A stretch of DNA of 61,888 bases, counting the filler, from Asterionella formosa (taxonomy: Eukaryota), in the NCBI GenBank assembly GCA_002256025.1. It is 22 parts of 22 records of this genome, joined end to end, with 100 filler letters (N's around TTAATTAATTAA, not from the genome) between each part and the next. Parts side by side here need not be neighbours in the genome. Positions count along the whole stretch, not along the records: positions 11,293 to 14,014 come from NKIB01014899.1; positions 14,115 to 16,835 come from NKIB01014900.1; positions 16,936 to 19,656 come from NKIB01014901.1; positions 19,757 to 22,477 come from NKIB01014902.1; positions 22,578 to 25,298 come from NKIB01014903.1; 17 more parts are not named here. One strand, 5' to 3'. Both the position numbers and the translations under genes were made by a program. Positions 12,329 through 23,392 of this stretch are shown here, piece after piece. Every line of letters starts with the position of its first letter. The stretch's first letter is position 1. Under the pieces are notes generated by a model. The model was given only the letters and a program-made list of their open reading frames with translations, was not told the origin of the DNA and searched no databases.

Positions 12329-14014
12329 TTAGAAATCTTGAGGGACTGATCCATTGAATGCATCTAGAATATTGAAACTTGTCAAGAGTCCAATCTCTGT
12401 GGGAAGTGTTCCAGTGAAAATATTGGTAGACAAATCTAGATAAGTGAGACTTGTCAAGAATCCAATCTCTGTGGGAAGTGTTCCATTGAAAGTATTGTCA
12501 GAAAAATCTAGATAAGTGAGACTTGTCAAGAGTCCAATCTCTGTGGGAAGTGTTCCATTGAAAGTATTGTCAGAAAAATCTAGATAAGTGAGACTTGTCA
12601 AGAATCCAATCTCTGTGGGAAGTGTTCCATTGAAAGTATTGTAAGACAAATCTAGATAATTGAGACTTGTCAAGAGTCCAATCTCTGTGGGAAGTGTTCC
12701 ATTGAAAGTATTGTAAGACAAATCTAGATAATTGAGACTTGTCAAGAGTCCAAACTCGGTGGCGAGTTTACCAGTTAATCGATTAGGACCCAATGATAAG
12801 AAAGTTAAGCTTGACAAGAATCCTAGCTCAGTTGGAATTTTTCCAGTTAGAAAATTTCCATTTCGAATTTGGTGATCTCCATGTAGAGCAAGTTCACTTG
12901 GTAGTGATCCATCTATGGCATTTCTTGAAAAATCAATATATTCTTTGTCATAAAATGATGAGTCATTTCATTAGTGAGCAATCTTCAATGATTTTTTTTT
13001 GTCTCTTGCTGGGTTTGTAAACTTACCTAATCTTTTCAATAGACCCAGTTCACTAGGGAGCGATCCATTAATATCATTTGATGAAAAATCAAAATTAATT
13101 CTTTGACGTAAAATGATTAAAGTCATTTTATTAGTGAGCAATCTTCGATGTTTTGTTTTTATTTTTGCCAAATAAGTACTTACCTAAACTTGACAAAAGA
13201 CCAATTTCCAGGGGAATGGACCCCATTAAGGTACTGTTAGTCATATTGATTGAAATGACCTGGCTTCTATTTACATCGCATTTCAATCCAAACCAATCAC
13301 AATAATTGTCGATACTGAATAGCCAAAAAGACCTGCTATTGAATTGGTCATTAGAATCTTGATGCCACTGGTCTCCAGAGGTTGCATAATAAAGAGTCAC
13401 CAAGGCATAGATTTGGAGCAACTCATCAATAGACGTACTTTGCTCACTTTCCAACCAGTTCATTGCCTGCTGTTGTGGAGTGCCATTAGTCAAAAGTGCA
13501 GCCCCATTGGCAAAAGAGTTATTCGACAAAAACAATAATAGATAAAAATTAAGACTTGTTAAAAGTCCAATCTCTGTGGGAAGTGTGCCAGTGAAAGAAT
13601 TGGAGTCCAAATCTAGATAAGTGAGACTTGTCAAGAGTCCATTCTCTGTGGGAAGTGTGCCATTGTAAATATTGTCAGACAAATCTATATCAATGAGACT
13701 TGTCAAGAGTCCAATCTCTGTGGGAAGTGTGCCATTGTAAATATTGTCAGACAAATCTAGATAATTGAGACTTGTCAAGAGTCCAATCTCTGTGGGAAGT
13801 GTGCCATTGAAAGTATTGTCAGACAAATCTAGATAATTGAGACTTGTCAAGAGTCCAATCTCTGTTGGAATTGTTCCAGTGAATTTATTGTTGGACAAAG
13901 ATAGAGAAAAGAGACTTGTCAAGAGTCCAATCTCTGTGGGAAGTGTGCCATTGAAAGTATTGTAAGACAAATATAGATAATTGAGACTTGTCAAGAGTCC
14001 AATCTCTGTAGGAA
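12329..14014 (-). CDS. Leucine-rich-repeat protein (24-aa plant-type LRRs), partial and possibly disrupted; introns 13101-13183 and 12943-13026
   Basis: Repeats LTSLxxLDLSxNxFxGTLPTEIGL, an N-cap QQQAMNWL...YALVTLYYATSG..W...CDWFGLKC, and GT-AG introns. The middle exon is 74 nt rather than 72, suggesting a frameshift. Confidence 0.85.
12365..12760. repeat. 72-bp coding tandem repeat (LRR array); further arrays at 13550-14014 and 19290-19656, orphan units at 12120-12255
   Basis: GAGACTTGTCAAGAGTCCAATCTCTGTGGGAAGTGT.CCA recurs every 72 nt. Confidence 0.95.
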
Positions 14015-14208
14015 NNNNNNNNNNNNNNNNNNNNNNNNNNNNNNNNNNNNNNNNNNNNTTAATTAATTAANNNNNNNNNNNNNNNNNNNNNNNNNNNNNN
14101 NNNNNNNNNNNNNNCATCAAATCCAGTCACGAATAAAGCGAAACTTCGTTTGACAATGAGGAAGCAGCACTGATGGTCAAAATGGAGATTGACACACCGG
14201 TAACTCAC

Positions 14209-14322
14209 CACATGAAGAAGACAGCCGCAACCATCCAGCTTTACATCGGGAGACGCATGGTTGCATCTTCGGCAGGTATCCTGTCTTGCAGGGCTCGTCG
14301 AGGTTGATGGACAGCTGATCAT
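14209..14322 (-). CDS. First exon of a gene with an N-terminal Cys/His-rich (RING-like) motif
   Basis: MISCP...CRRCNHASPDVKLDGCGCLLHV followed by a GTGAGT donor at 14208. The rest lies off the contig. Confidence 0.5.
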
Positions 14323-15324
14323 ACCGGTATCTAGAAAACAGCGATCCCCCGATCGAAAGATCCTGTTTTGGGACGAGCAAAATAATGAGACCTTACTAAA
14401 TAAATAATCTACACCGTACAAGCTCATACTGGAACAACATACCGGTAGGCAGTGTCACTGGTGCCGGCATACCGGTATTGCAATGTAGAGATGGTACTGG
14501 TACACCTGGGAGTACCAAGCAGCACCTGGTAATACTTTATTCCATGCTTAAGTATGTACTCCGTGGTATTTTAGAAGCGTAGCTGGTAAAACAGGCATGC
14601 AATTGTTACCGGTATGATTCGTTTCGAATTTATTATTGTGCTCCTGCTAGCCGACCGTTAAAATTTGTGGATATCGATCAGGAACAAACAATAAATACAT
14701 AGAACAATTTTGATACCAGTACCACGAGCTACCATACTGTATGCACTGGTAGCATTTACGAAGCGTATTATTTTAGCTGGTAAAACGCAGGCATACAATT
14801 ACCGGTATTCGATTTTTTTCGAATTTATAATTGAACATGCTCGACGGTACATATTTGTGCATGTATACCGGGTACATACAACAATTTTTTATTTATTGCA
14901 CTTTGTCGATATTCGACATTTACATGGAACGGACGCCTACAGATACTGAAAGGCCAAGTGATTATTGTTTGTAGAATTATATATATTGTGGTCATCAGTT
15001 CTTCTTCTCGGCGAATAAAAGAACCAGAATTTCTTTTCGATGTGATGTTGTTGCTCCTTGGCAAGGAGCCTCATGGCTGGTGCCGTGTGGTGAAATTCTG
15101 GATAAATAAAAATAATGTCTACCGTGGTTCACTCAGACTCTATGTCTGGAGTAAGCAAACCATCCTCATGTTCTGCTACACCGCAACAAAGAACAGTTGC
15201 TGTTTGGTGAAGCAGTACATTCCCAGTACGTGTGCATGCAAATTAAGGAGTGTACCGGTAGTATGTTTGAGCAACATTTCATACCAACAAAGCAGCAGCA
15301 AATCAATGACGTTGTTTCTGAGTA

Positions 15325-16532
15325 CCACTTAAAAACTGTAAGCCACCGTTATTTTACTCTATCTTTCGACTAAATTTTTTTATGTAATTCAATGATCAAA
15401 ACTTGACGCAAGTATAAAGGTTGTGTTAGACAATGCTCTCTGCTAGACTATTATTAAGGAGTCAGTTTTGATTCTGTGTATCTAGCCATGAAGAAATAAT
15501 TTTTCCAAAATCACAAATATTATTGCATAGCGGTGGCTTACAGTGCATATTTTTCAACCTGTACATGTATATATTTCTCCCCCCCCCCCAAACCATGTTT
15601 ATTTTTACTCTGTTAATACTACAAAAATTATTTTCTTATTACTTTACGTTTTACACTTTTGCAGGGCAGCATCATCGTCGGAGAATTCTTCTGATGCATT
15701 ACATTAATCTCAAGCTTCTTTGCATCCAATTACTTGCTGGCGGAGTCTCAAACTTCATCACGGAATGGTGGATCGGCAGTAGCAGTTGTAGAAGGAGAGG
15801 GAATACTAGCAACAGGAGGAGGTGCAGTAACAACAACCACAGCAATAGGAGGTGTATGGAGAGGGAATGGCGGCTGCTGGTCACCACGGTGATTGGTGTC
15901 GTCGAATCTTGTAATCAGAGCTTGCCTTGTTTGTGGAACCGTCAAATCACCTGATCGTTTGTACCAATGCACCATTAATTTCAATTCTGGCACAGACATC
16001 TGTTCTTTTGTTTTGTTCTGTTCCTTCAATGTAAGTACTTTTCCGCGAAGTTTATTGAATTCTTGTTGCATTTTTGTTTCTTTTGTACTAATGACAATGT
16101 CTGAAATTCGCTTCTGTTCCAGTGTAGCAGCAAGAATATTTGGTCCAAGGGCAAAGGTTTGTGCAGAGGCCAGTAGTCCTGCTGTTATCCTCTTCTTGTG
16201 TCCCTCAATGTGTGAATCCGCTGTCTCCTTTCTCTTTCTAGCTTGGGCCTCCTGGTCGATTCCATTTCGCACATCCTCGCGTTTGCAAAACTCGTTAATT
16301 CTTCCAACAATTGTTCCAGCAAAGCCAGTTTGGAGGTTTAACTCATCAGGAGGGAGAGTGGCAGTCTCTATGGGCGCATTGATGTTCTACAATGCAATAA
16401 TACAAGTACGGAAGTATTTACTCGCTATATAAATCTGAACAACTCGTTCATGACAATAAATAGTGTATCTTGTAAACTAAGTTCAAACCGTGCGTTTACT
16501 CCATTTAGCAGTGGCTTACATTTTTTAAGTGG
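15325..16532 (-). mobile_element. Complete non-autonomous pogo/Tc1-mariner-type DNA transposon (1208 bp) with ~27-bp TIRs and TA TSD
   Basis: TA|CCACTTAAAAACTGTAAGCCACCGTTA ... TAGCAGTGGCTTACATTTTTTAAGTGG|TA, plus an internal inverted TIR sub-repeat at 15528-15543. Confidence 0.85.
15748..16380 (-). pseudogene. C-terminal fragment of a probable pogo-like (DDE_1/CENP-B-type) transposase
   Basis: ELNLQTGFAG, KKRITAGLL and LKLMVHWYKRSGDLTVPQTRQALITRF lie between the TIRs above. The DDE core is absent. Confidence 0.6.
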
Positions 16533-16554
16533 TACCAGGGGAGTGCATGCAAAA

Positions 16555-16606
16555 AATTCAACCCCCAGTGCAACCTTTTAAGACCGTAGTGAAAGCTAGT
16601 GTACTA
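16555..16606. repeat. Dispersed 52-bp motif, inverted copy at 23639-23690
   Basis: AATTC.ACCCCCA....CC.TTTT...CCGTAGTGAAAGCTAGTG.ACTA occurs on both contigs. Confidence 0.7.
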
Positions 16607-16935
16607 GCAGTCAACTAGCACTGTGTACAAAGGTAAACTACAAGCTACCCTGGTACCGGTATTAAAAGGCATGACCAAATTCATGAAACAACGTTTCGAC
16701 TTCACTAGTATGGCTCAACAGTGCAGCATAACCAGTTTGAGGCGCTTGCAAGTTGCAAACAAGTGCCACAACTGGGAGTTGATATTCTTTGGAATTCAAG
16801 CCTAATGAACAACCACATCGAATCGCAAAATGTGCNNNNNNNNNNNNNNNNNNNNNNNNNNNNNNNNNNNNNNNNNNNNTTAATTAATTAANNNNNNNNN
16901 NNNNNNNNNNNNNNNNNNNNNNNNNNNNNNNNNNN

Positions 16936-17968
16936 GATACTTGGCGTATTGCTATTCCTACATCATTTTTGGATCCTATTATTAATTGGTATCATCAGAT
17001 GTTAGCTCATGTGGGTATGACAAGATTAAATGCTACAATTGCTACACATTTTTATCACCCTACATTAAAAGCAAGAGTGGAACATATTGTAAGAGTATGT
17101 GAAGCATGTCAACGTACAAAATTACCTGGTACTGGTTTTGGTGAACTTCCACCCAGGAATGCATTATTATTACCATGGTCAGAAGTCGCAGTAGATCTAA
17201 TTGGTCCATGGAAGATAACAGTGGCTGCTCAAGCGATTGAATTTCGTGCTCTAACTTGTATTGACACAGTCACCAATTTAGCAGAAATTTCACGTATCAC
17301 CAATAAAACATCAGAATATATTGCAATGAAATTTGAAAATGATTGGTTAGCCAGATATCCCCGTCCAGAATGTTGTATACATGACAATGGAGGTGAATTT
17401 ACTGGTGTTCCTTTCTTACACATGGCTGTTAGTATTGAATGGAATCAAAGATGTGACTACTACAGTAAAGAATCCACAAGCAAATGCTATCTGTGAATGT
17501 TTACATCAATCTATCAGCAATAGTCTACGAGTTATGTTAAAGGCTCATCCTCCAATCAATGAATTTCAAGCCCAAAATATTGTGGATACATGTTTTGCAG
17601 CTGCATCATATGCAGCTCGAGCTACTATTCATAGTATATTATGTATTTCACCAGGAGCATGGGTTTTTCAACGTGATATGATATTAAATATTCCTTTGAT
17701 TACAGATTTACAATTAATATATCAACGTCGACAAGTGATAATTGACAATCGTTTACATCGTGCTAAATTCCGTCATTGATCTTATGAGTACAAAGTGGAT
17801 GACGAGATTTTAATTTTATTGGATAATCCTACTACTTTGGATGATAGTGGACGAGGTCCTTATACTAGTATTATTCAAGTACATGCCAATGGTACAGATA
17901 CTTTTCAACGCACTATGCACATTACAGAACGAATTAATATTTGTCGTATCAAACCTTTTCATAGGTAA
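16936..17968 (+). mobile_element. Ty3/gypsy integrase (3' end of pol), frameshifted
   Basis: HHCC finger (YHQMLAH...CEACQ), VAVDLIGPW, IHDNGGEF, KNPQANAICE and ERINI.RIKP. Frameshift near 17425, stop at 17777-17779. Confidence 0.92.
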
Positions 17969-17994
17969 AAGGTTTTCCCTCAAGTGTGGGAGAG

Positions 17995-18195
17995 TGAGCA
18001 ATCCTGCACATCGATACAGAAGTATATAGAGTTCGGGTTATATCAAGTATATCGGAATTCAATAATGAGAGAACTCGACTAACACCCATTCTATAGTACT
18101 TTGATGTCAGTTCAGGAAATGAGTTGTACATAAGGATTAATTAATAAGCTCATATATTCAACAAATACTACTACTTCTAGTTAGATACTTCAACA
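17995..18195 (+). mobile_element. Probable 3' LTR of the gypsy element
   Basis: Purine tract GGGAGAG at 17988-17994, TG at 17995, and ...TTCAACA at 18195 before unrelated repeats begin. Confidence 0.55.
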
Positions 18196-18212
18196 GGTAC
18201 TCCTACCTGATA

Positions 18213-18308
18213 CCTGGCAAGTTGCGGTCATTTTGCTTAACTAACATTTTAATCTGGGATAAAGGGAGCTAAATCTTCAGTTTCAGCGAAATTACCAAAA
18301 CTTGCTGG
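18213..18308. mobile_element. ~90-bp MITE with CCWGCAAGTT-type TIRs at TA sites (second copy 39273-39361)
   Basis: TA|CCTGGCAAGTTGCGGTCATT...GGATAAAG...CTAAA...AGTTTCAGC...AACTTGCTGG|TA, with the same layout on contig 14. Confidence 0.75.
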
Positions 18309-18392
18309 TACCAGCAGCCTTACTTTCTTCCTCATGTACCTTTTTAATCCTGGTATGTGCCTGGTTGCAGGTACCTGGTTGTTGAATGGTGG

Positions 18393-18466
18393 TAAAATTG
18401 GAGGTCCTCATGGCACACTCGTACAAGACTGCAGACTGCGCCAGTTTTGTTTGTGTGTTTGTTTTA
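18393..18466. repeat. Dispersed 74-bp repeat, inverted copy at 33423-33496
   Basis: TAAAATTGGAGGTCCTCATGG..CACTC.TAC...TGCAGAC..CGCCAGT.TTGTTTG.GTGTTTGTTTTA is shared. Confidence 0.85.
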
Positions 18467-19269
18467 TTAGAGGAGTGTTCGTTTTATTAGAGGAGTCTGG
18501 TACATTTTATTAGGAAATGAGCAATTGACTGCGCCCATATTTAATTAATTAATTATAGACTTGTTTTTACCTGGTAACTTGTACCTGGTACATGGTACCA
18601 GTACCCTAGAATCATCATCATCATCATCCTTGCGCCACATGAATTATAAAATCATGCCAAAATCAAGGAAACCGCCATGATGAAGGTTGCTTCTAGATGG
18701 TCAGTTTGATGTGATTGTGACTCTTTCTGATCTTCTACTTCTCACACCTCTTACTCCTTTCTTAATTACAGCTTCTCATGAAAGAAAATTCAAGATTCAA
18801 CGATGAATTGAGGTTGTTGTCAAGGTTGTTTTGCTGGCGCTTATCTTGGTATGATGTTGATTGTTATTTCATTTATTCCTTGCCTTATGTTCATTGCAAA
18901 CGCTCACACAAGTAGTCTAGCTTGTTCATCAGAAACTAAAATGCTTTTTGACATCTCCAATATGAAATAAGGTAAGAACCAAGATGATTAGTCTGTGCGC
19001 TTTGCCATTGTAATCTATTTCGCAACTCTAACATATTTATATCTATACTACTTGCAGGAACCAATGCTTCTCATCCAAAAATCATCCATGACTGCAGACC
19101 AGATGGTAGTGAAACAGGAACTAATGCTTTGCTTCAAGACAGGTTGTGTTATGATGATTGTTCCTAGAAAATTGATCTTGTTCAGCAAAACAGTAAATAT
19201 TATTGAAAGATGCATGTCATAAAGAAATAAGTCATGAGAGCAGGGTCTTAGTTGAACTTAGAAAAAAAG

Positions 19270-19656
19270 TCAAGGGTTAGGGTTAGAATTGAGACTTGTC
19301 AAGAGTCCAATCTCTGTGGGAAGTGTGCCAGTGAAAGAATTGTTATACAAAGATAGAACAGTGAGACTTGTCAAAAGTCCAATCTCTGTGGGAAGTGTGC
19401 CATTGAAAGTATTGTAAGACAAATCTAGAATATCTAGACTTGTCAAGAGTCCAATCTCTGTGGGAAGTGTGCCATTGAAAGTATTGTAAGACAAATCTAG
19501 AATATCAAGACTTGTCAAGAGTCCAATCTCTGTGGGAAGTGTGCCAGTGAAAGAATTGATATACAAATTTAGATCAGTGAGACTTGTTAAGAGTCCAATC
19601 TCTGTGGGAAGTGTGCCATTGAAAGTATTGTAAGACAAATCAAGAATATCAAGACT
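19270..19656 (-). CDS. C-terminal LRR array of the same LRR protein family (partial)
   Basis: Five 24-aa units ending LTSLNSNPNP*, on the same 72-bp scaffold as contig 5. Confidence 0.88.
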   Translation of the reverse strand, partial: SLDILDLSYNTFNGTLPTEIGLLTSLTDLNLYINSFTGTLPTEIGLLTSLDILDLSYNTFNGTLPTEIGLLTSLDILDLSYNTFNGTLPTEIGLLTSLTVLSLYNNSFTGTLPTEIGLLTSLNSNPNP

Positions 19657-19756
19657 NNNNNNNNNNNNNNNNNNNNNNNNNNNNNNNNNNNNNNNNNNNN
19701 TTAATTAATTAANNNNNNNNNNNNNNNNNNNNNNNNNNNNNNNNNNNNNNNNNNNN

Positions 19757-20038
19757 AGAAGGCACTATGAGAATTCCTGTAGGAAAGGATGTGTCGAGCA
19801 TACACATTAGGATGATGTGGTATGTCGAGCATCAACAGGGGAGGGTGTCAGAGTGTGTCTGTTAGGCTGTTGATGTCGACAGGTGTCCGAAGACTAGGTA
19901 GTCTGAGGAATGTCTAAACGGAAATAGACAGGATTTATATAGCAGAAGAAGCTGCAGACGAGCGGCGTGAGAAAGATCTTGACCGGTCATTCCAGGGCAG
20001 TACTGGAGCGCGCTAGAGTTGCGCCATATATTTCAACA
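19757..20038. mobile_element. Possible LTR fragment
   Basis: Non-coding, carries a TATA-like TTTATATAG and ends ...ATTTCAACA (TGTTGAA on the minus strand). No partner LTR is in the window. Confidence 0.3.
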
Positions 20039-20347
20039 TACAGGTTGTGATTATGGTTTTGATTCTAGTCACAGTACACGGTACCAGGTACCAGTGGTAC
20101 CAGTATTGTCCTTGTCAACAGCAGCACATGGTTGTTTGCACACAGAACAAGGATAATTGCAGAAGGTTTCGTTGCTCTTCGTGAAGTCTGTTACCGGTAC
20201 TTGATTATCAACCATACTACAAATCGCAAGCAAGAATACCGGTACTCCCGACAACAATACTTGCTAACTGTGAAACTCACAGTGCACGAATTGACAACCA
20301 GCCAGTTATTTGGTAGACTAAACTGTCCTTCCCTATTCCATACACAA

Positions 20348-20824
20348 ATGACACTAACGCCTCTTCTGCCTCTGCCGAAACGTAGATGGATTCATGGCAT
20401 TACTATGTTTCTCGTCTGCGTCAGTCCACTTTTTGTGGCAGGTGCGTTTGTAGAGACAATATCAAATGGGGCATTCACTCCCAAAATCTGGCTACTGAAA
20501 GTGAACAGAAAGACGCGACCCCGGGCGATTGTCGTCTTTCCACTAGCCATGGCAATGCCCGGCAAGTCAGAAAATCAGATCAAGATGGAGCGTGAGCAGG
20601 AAATTCGCAGGAAACTGGCAAAACTAAAGAGTGAAGGAAAAATGGTAAACAAAGATGGAACCAAGTCAGCAGAAGACTCGGCAATGATAGAAGCAGAAGC
20701 GTTTTTCAACAGGGAGAGCCCATTAAGAAAGTTTGAGCGGAAAATGGCAGAGAGGAAACGATTGGCAGAGGAGGCGGAAGAGCTTAAACGATCTATAAAT
20801 GACGTTGATGAGAATGTACCGTAG
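20348..20824 (+). CDS. Hypothetical protein, probably plastid-targeted
   Basis: Hydrophobic signal ending VAGAF (ASAF-like), a transit-like segment, then a charged helical domain EREQEIRRKLAKLKSEGKM...EAEAFFNRESPLRKFE. The start could instead be the Met at MFLVCV. Confidence 0.7.
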   Translation: MTLTPLLPLPKRRWIHGITMFLVCVSPLFVAGAFVETISNGAFTPKIWLLKVNRKTRPRAIVVFPLAMAMPGKSENQIKMEREQEIRRKLAKLKSEGKMVNKDGTKSAEDSAMIEAEAFFNRESPLRKFERKMAERKRLAEEAEELKRSINDVDENVP

Positions 20825-21254
20825 ACAGGAGTTGTCGACACCGATGCAAAGCGAGGAATGAGCTTAATTTGTAGAACGAAAACTTGGTACAAGAGGATAT
20901 CTCTGGAGATTCGTTCGTGAGCAGAACAAACTAACCATGAAATCCTTTTCGATTGGCTGATGTAATCCCCCGAAAGGTTGTTGCGCTAGACTAAAAAGCT
21001 ATAAAACAAAACTAGACCAAGTCTACCAAATGTACCACAAATCCTAGTCAGTGCAAGACTCGTGGAGCTCCCAGAATTTTCTCAAATGAGTATTCCAGTT
21101 AATCATGGCGGTACCTCGACAGCAACAGAAAATCAATTAAATTTGTTGAAAAATATAAAAATCACGGTTATTGTCCCTGATTCGTAGTAGATATGAAGGT
21201 AACATTTGATTTATTGACTCTATCAATTGAGGCACGAATAGGTCTTCGCTCGTC

Positions 21255-22477
21255 CTATATTATGACATCCAGTGTTTTGTTCATTGTCTCCACGGATTCA
21301 AACCCTTGACGTATGTTTTGATGATTGCGATTGCTTCTGAAAAATATTAAGAATGCAGTCAAAATGATGGCTCCTGATATGACAATCAACTTCATTGGTA
21401 TGGTATCGTTACGTCCTTCTGCTCCACATTTCCATTGAGAATCAATATACTTGGTCCATAAGGACGTAGTCGTCACATTTGTCCCACAATCAAAGTGCTG
21501 CAGAGTTGCTGTAATAGCTGAATCCGTTAGATTTTCCAATCTCTCCACTATGCCGGTCAGGTCAAACCTGACAGTGTACACATGATAGTACTCTGTTGCA
21601 TCCAAATAGTGCAATGAGCTTACAAGTGCTGGCAAAGCATTATAGAGAGAATCCGCAGCAACTTGATTGGGTTGACCACCCAACAATTCAATTAAAATTC
21701 TTCCTTCAATGGTTGTATCTACCAAGTAGACCGTGTCGTCATATGGAGAAACTGACTTTAAATCGTCAACATTTACTTCACCCTCCCACAAGGATGCTCG
21801 AAATGCTCCCGTGCCTTGCAGAAAAATAGATGTTGTCGATGATTTCAAATATTGTTTCGCCACAACTTCATCCAAATAAAATTTCCACAAGGAATCACTT
21901 TGGTTGAGTCCATGGTCAAGAATGAACGTTTGAGGGGAACACCCCAAGACAACAAAAAGTCCCATGGATTCTCTTGTTGTTTGAATAAATTGAGACAATG
22001 CTCGCCCCTCCTCCGTATCAAATGAATCCATGTCCAAGGTTCTTTGGAAAGCATTTATGCTGGCATTGATAAATACATGATGAAATTGATTTGTCTTGTT
22101 GGTCGTGTCAGTCTCGTCCATAGTGGCAATGGGAAAACTAACAAAGCCCACAGTGTCTAGGTAATGTCCAGCTTCAAACGAAGTGGAAACGTCATCTACT
22201 GCAGTAAAGGCACGGATGTGTGAATGTCCAGTAATAAATTGAATGGGAATGCTGGCCGATACCATGGTTCGAATGGCATTCCGAATGACCATGACGAGGT
22301 CATCTTGATAATCCATGTGTGCCAATACTAGAATCGCATCGTATGTTTCAGTGGTGAGGGCCGTATGAAACCACTCACTTTGTACTACCTCTCCCACTGA
22401 TTCCACGATACTGGCATCGCAGTTCCCCGTCATGTTGTACAAGAATCCAAAGGTCAAAAGCGAGGATTGAATGCCAT
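21255..22477 (-). CDS. 5'-nucleotidase-like metallophosphoesterase (YHR202W-like) with C-terminal TM anchor, 5'-partial
   Basis: FGFLYN, LVLAHMD, IQFITGHSHIR, FEAGHYLDTVGFVSF, TGAFR...SPYDD, then a hydrophobic helix near the C-terminus. The ORF is open to the contig end. Confidence 0.85.
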
Positions 22478-22577
22478 NNNNNNNNNNNNNNNNNNNNNNN
22501 NNNNNNNNNNNNNNNNNNNNNTTAATTAATTAANNNNNNNNNNNNNNNNNNNNNNNNNNNNNNNNNNNNNNNNNNNN

Positions 22578-23392
22578 GTGCAGAGGCGGAATTCTACATT
22601 GACGAGATCTGGGATCCAGATGAGTTTTCGAACAATGTGGGTGAAGAAGTCGCTGAAGTGTCAACAGGAGTAGCTGCAGTTTCAACAGTAAATAATGGAG
22701 GAGGAGGCGTACAGCAGCACCAACAACAACAAGCCGTCAATGCATTTATTCAGAGGAACCGGAACAAGAACGAATTCCTTGGGCTGTACTCCAAGCAAAG
22801 GGAGATTCAACGAGAGGTGAAGGATATTCAAAGCCAGATTTCCATCCTTACAAGCACCGTGACCAAAGGGATGGGCAAGATGCAGACAAGCTTGAAACGA
22901 CTTTCCCGGATGTCGGCACAAATGCTCAGGGGCAGTGTTTCTAATTTTGCTTTTGGCATAACAAATGCCAACAACAACCTGAATTTCAAATGTCGAAAAT
23001 GTTGTTGTCATAGGAACCAACAACAACAGAGCCAAGCAGGCAATGACGACGAACAAACGAATGTGGCTTTGGATCCTGTTTACAATATTAGCCTTTCCAA
23101 GACACCAAAAACACTATTTGTTCTTTGGCAAGAATGGGAAGTTGGAATTACAGGACAAAAACCAGCAAGGATATTTACAAGGGCAGAGAGGGGGGGGACA
23201 AAATTTATCTATTATCGACGCAAGGTTTTCTGGGATACAGTGGCAGGTCTTGTTTGAGCTGGTTACACTGCACATGCTGCAATCGACTGAATCTATGAGG
23301 CATATGGTCCAGAGAAGACTGTTAGTACTAAAATTCTCAACCAAATGTTGAAAGATCGCCGCAATGGTGGGCATCCACAACTACGTGTCTAA
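22578..23392 (+). mobile_element. Crypton (CryptonS-like) protein C-terminus with GCR1_C domain, pseudogenised
   Basis: LSKTPKTLFVLWQEWEVGITGQKPARIFTRAERG..K..YYRRKVFW...AID.IYEAYG...DRRNGGHPQL. In-frame TGA at 23255-23257 and 23288-23290. Confidence 0.75.

Noticed and set aside
12365..12760. 72-bp periodic array as a CRISPR-like repeat-spacer locus
   Set aside because: The units are in-frame 24-aa LRR codons, the variable parts are homologous to each other, and there are no cas genes.
18541..18552. TTAATTAATTAA without flanking Ns
   Set aside because: Part of a natural AT-rich (TAAT)n run, not a contig junction.
19273..19287. AGGGTTAGGGTTAG telomere-like repeat
   Set aside because: Only two units, and they encode the NPNP end of the LRR ORF.
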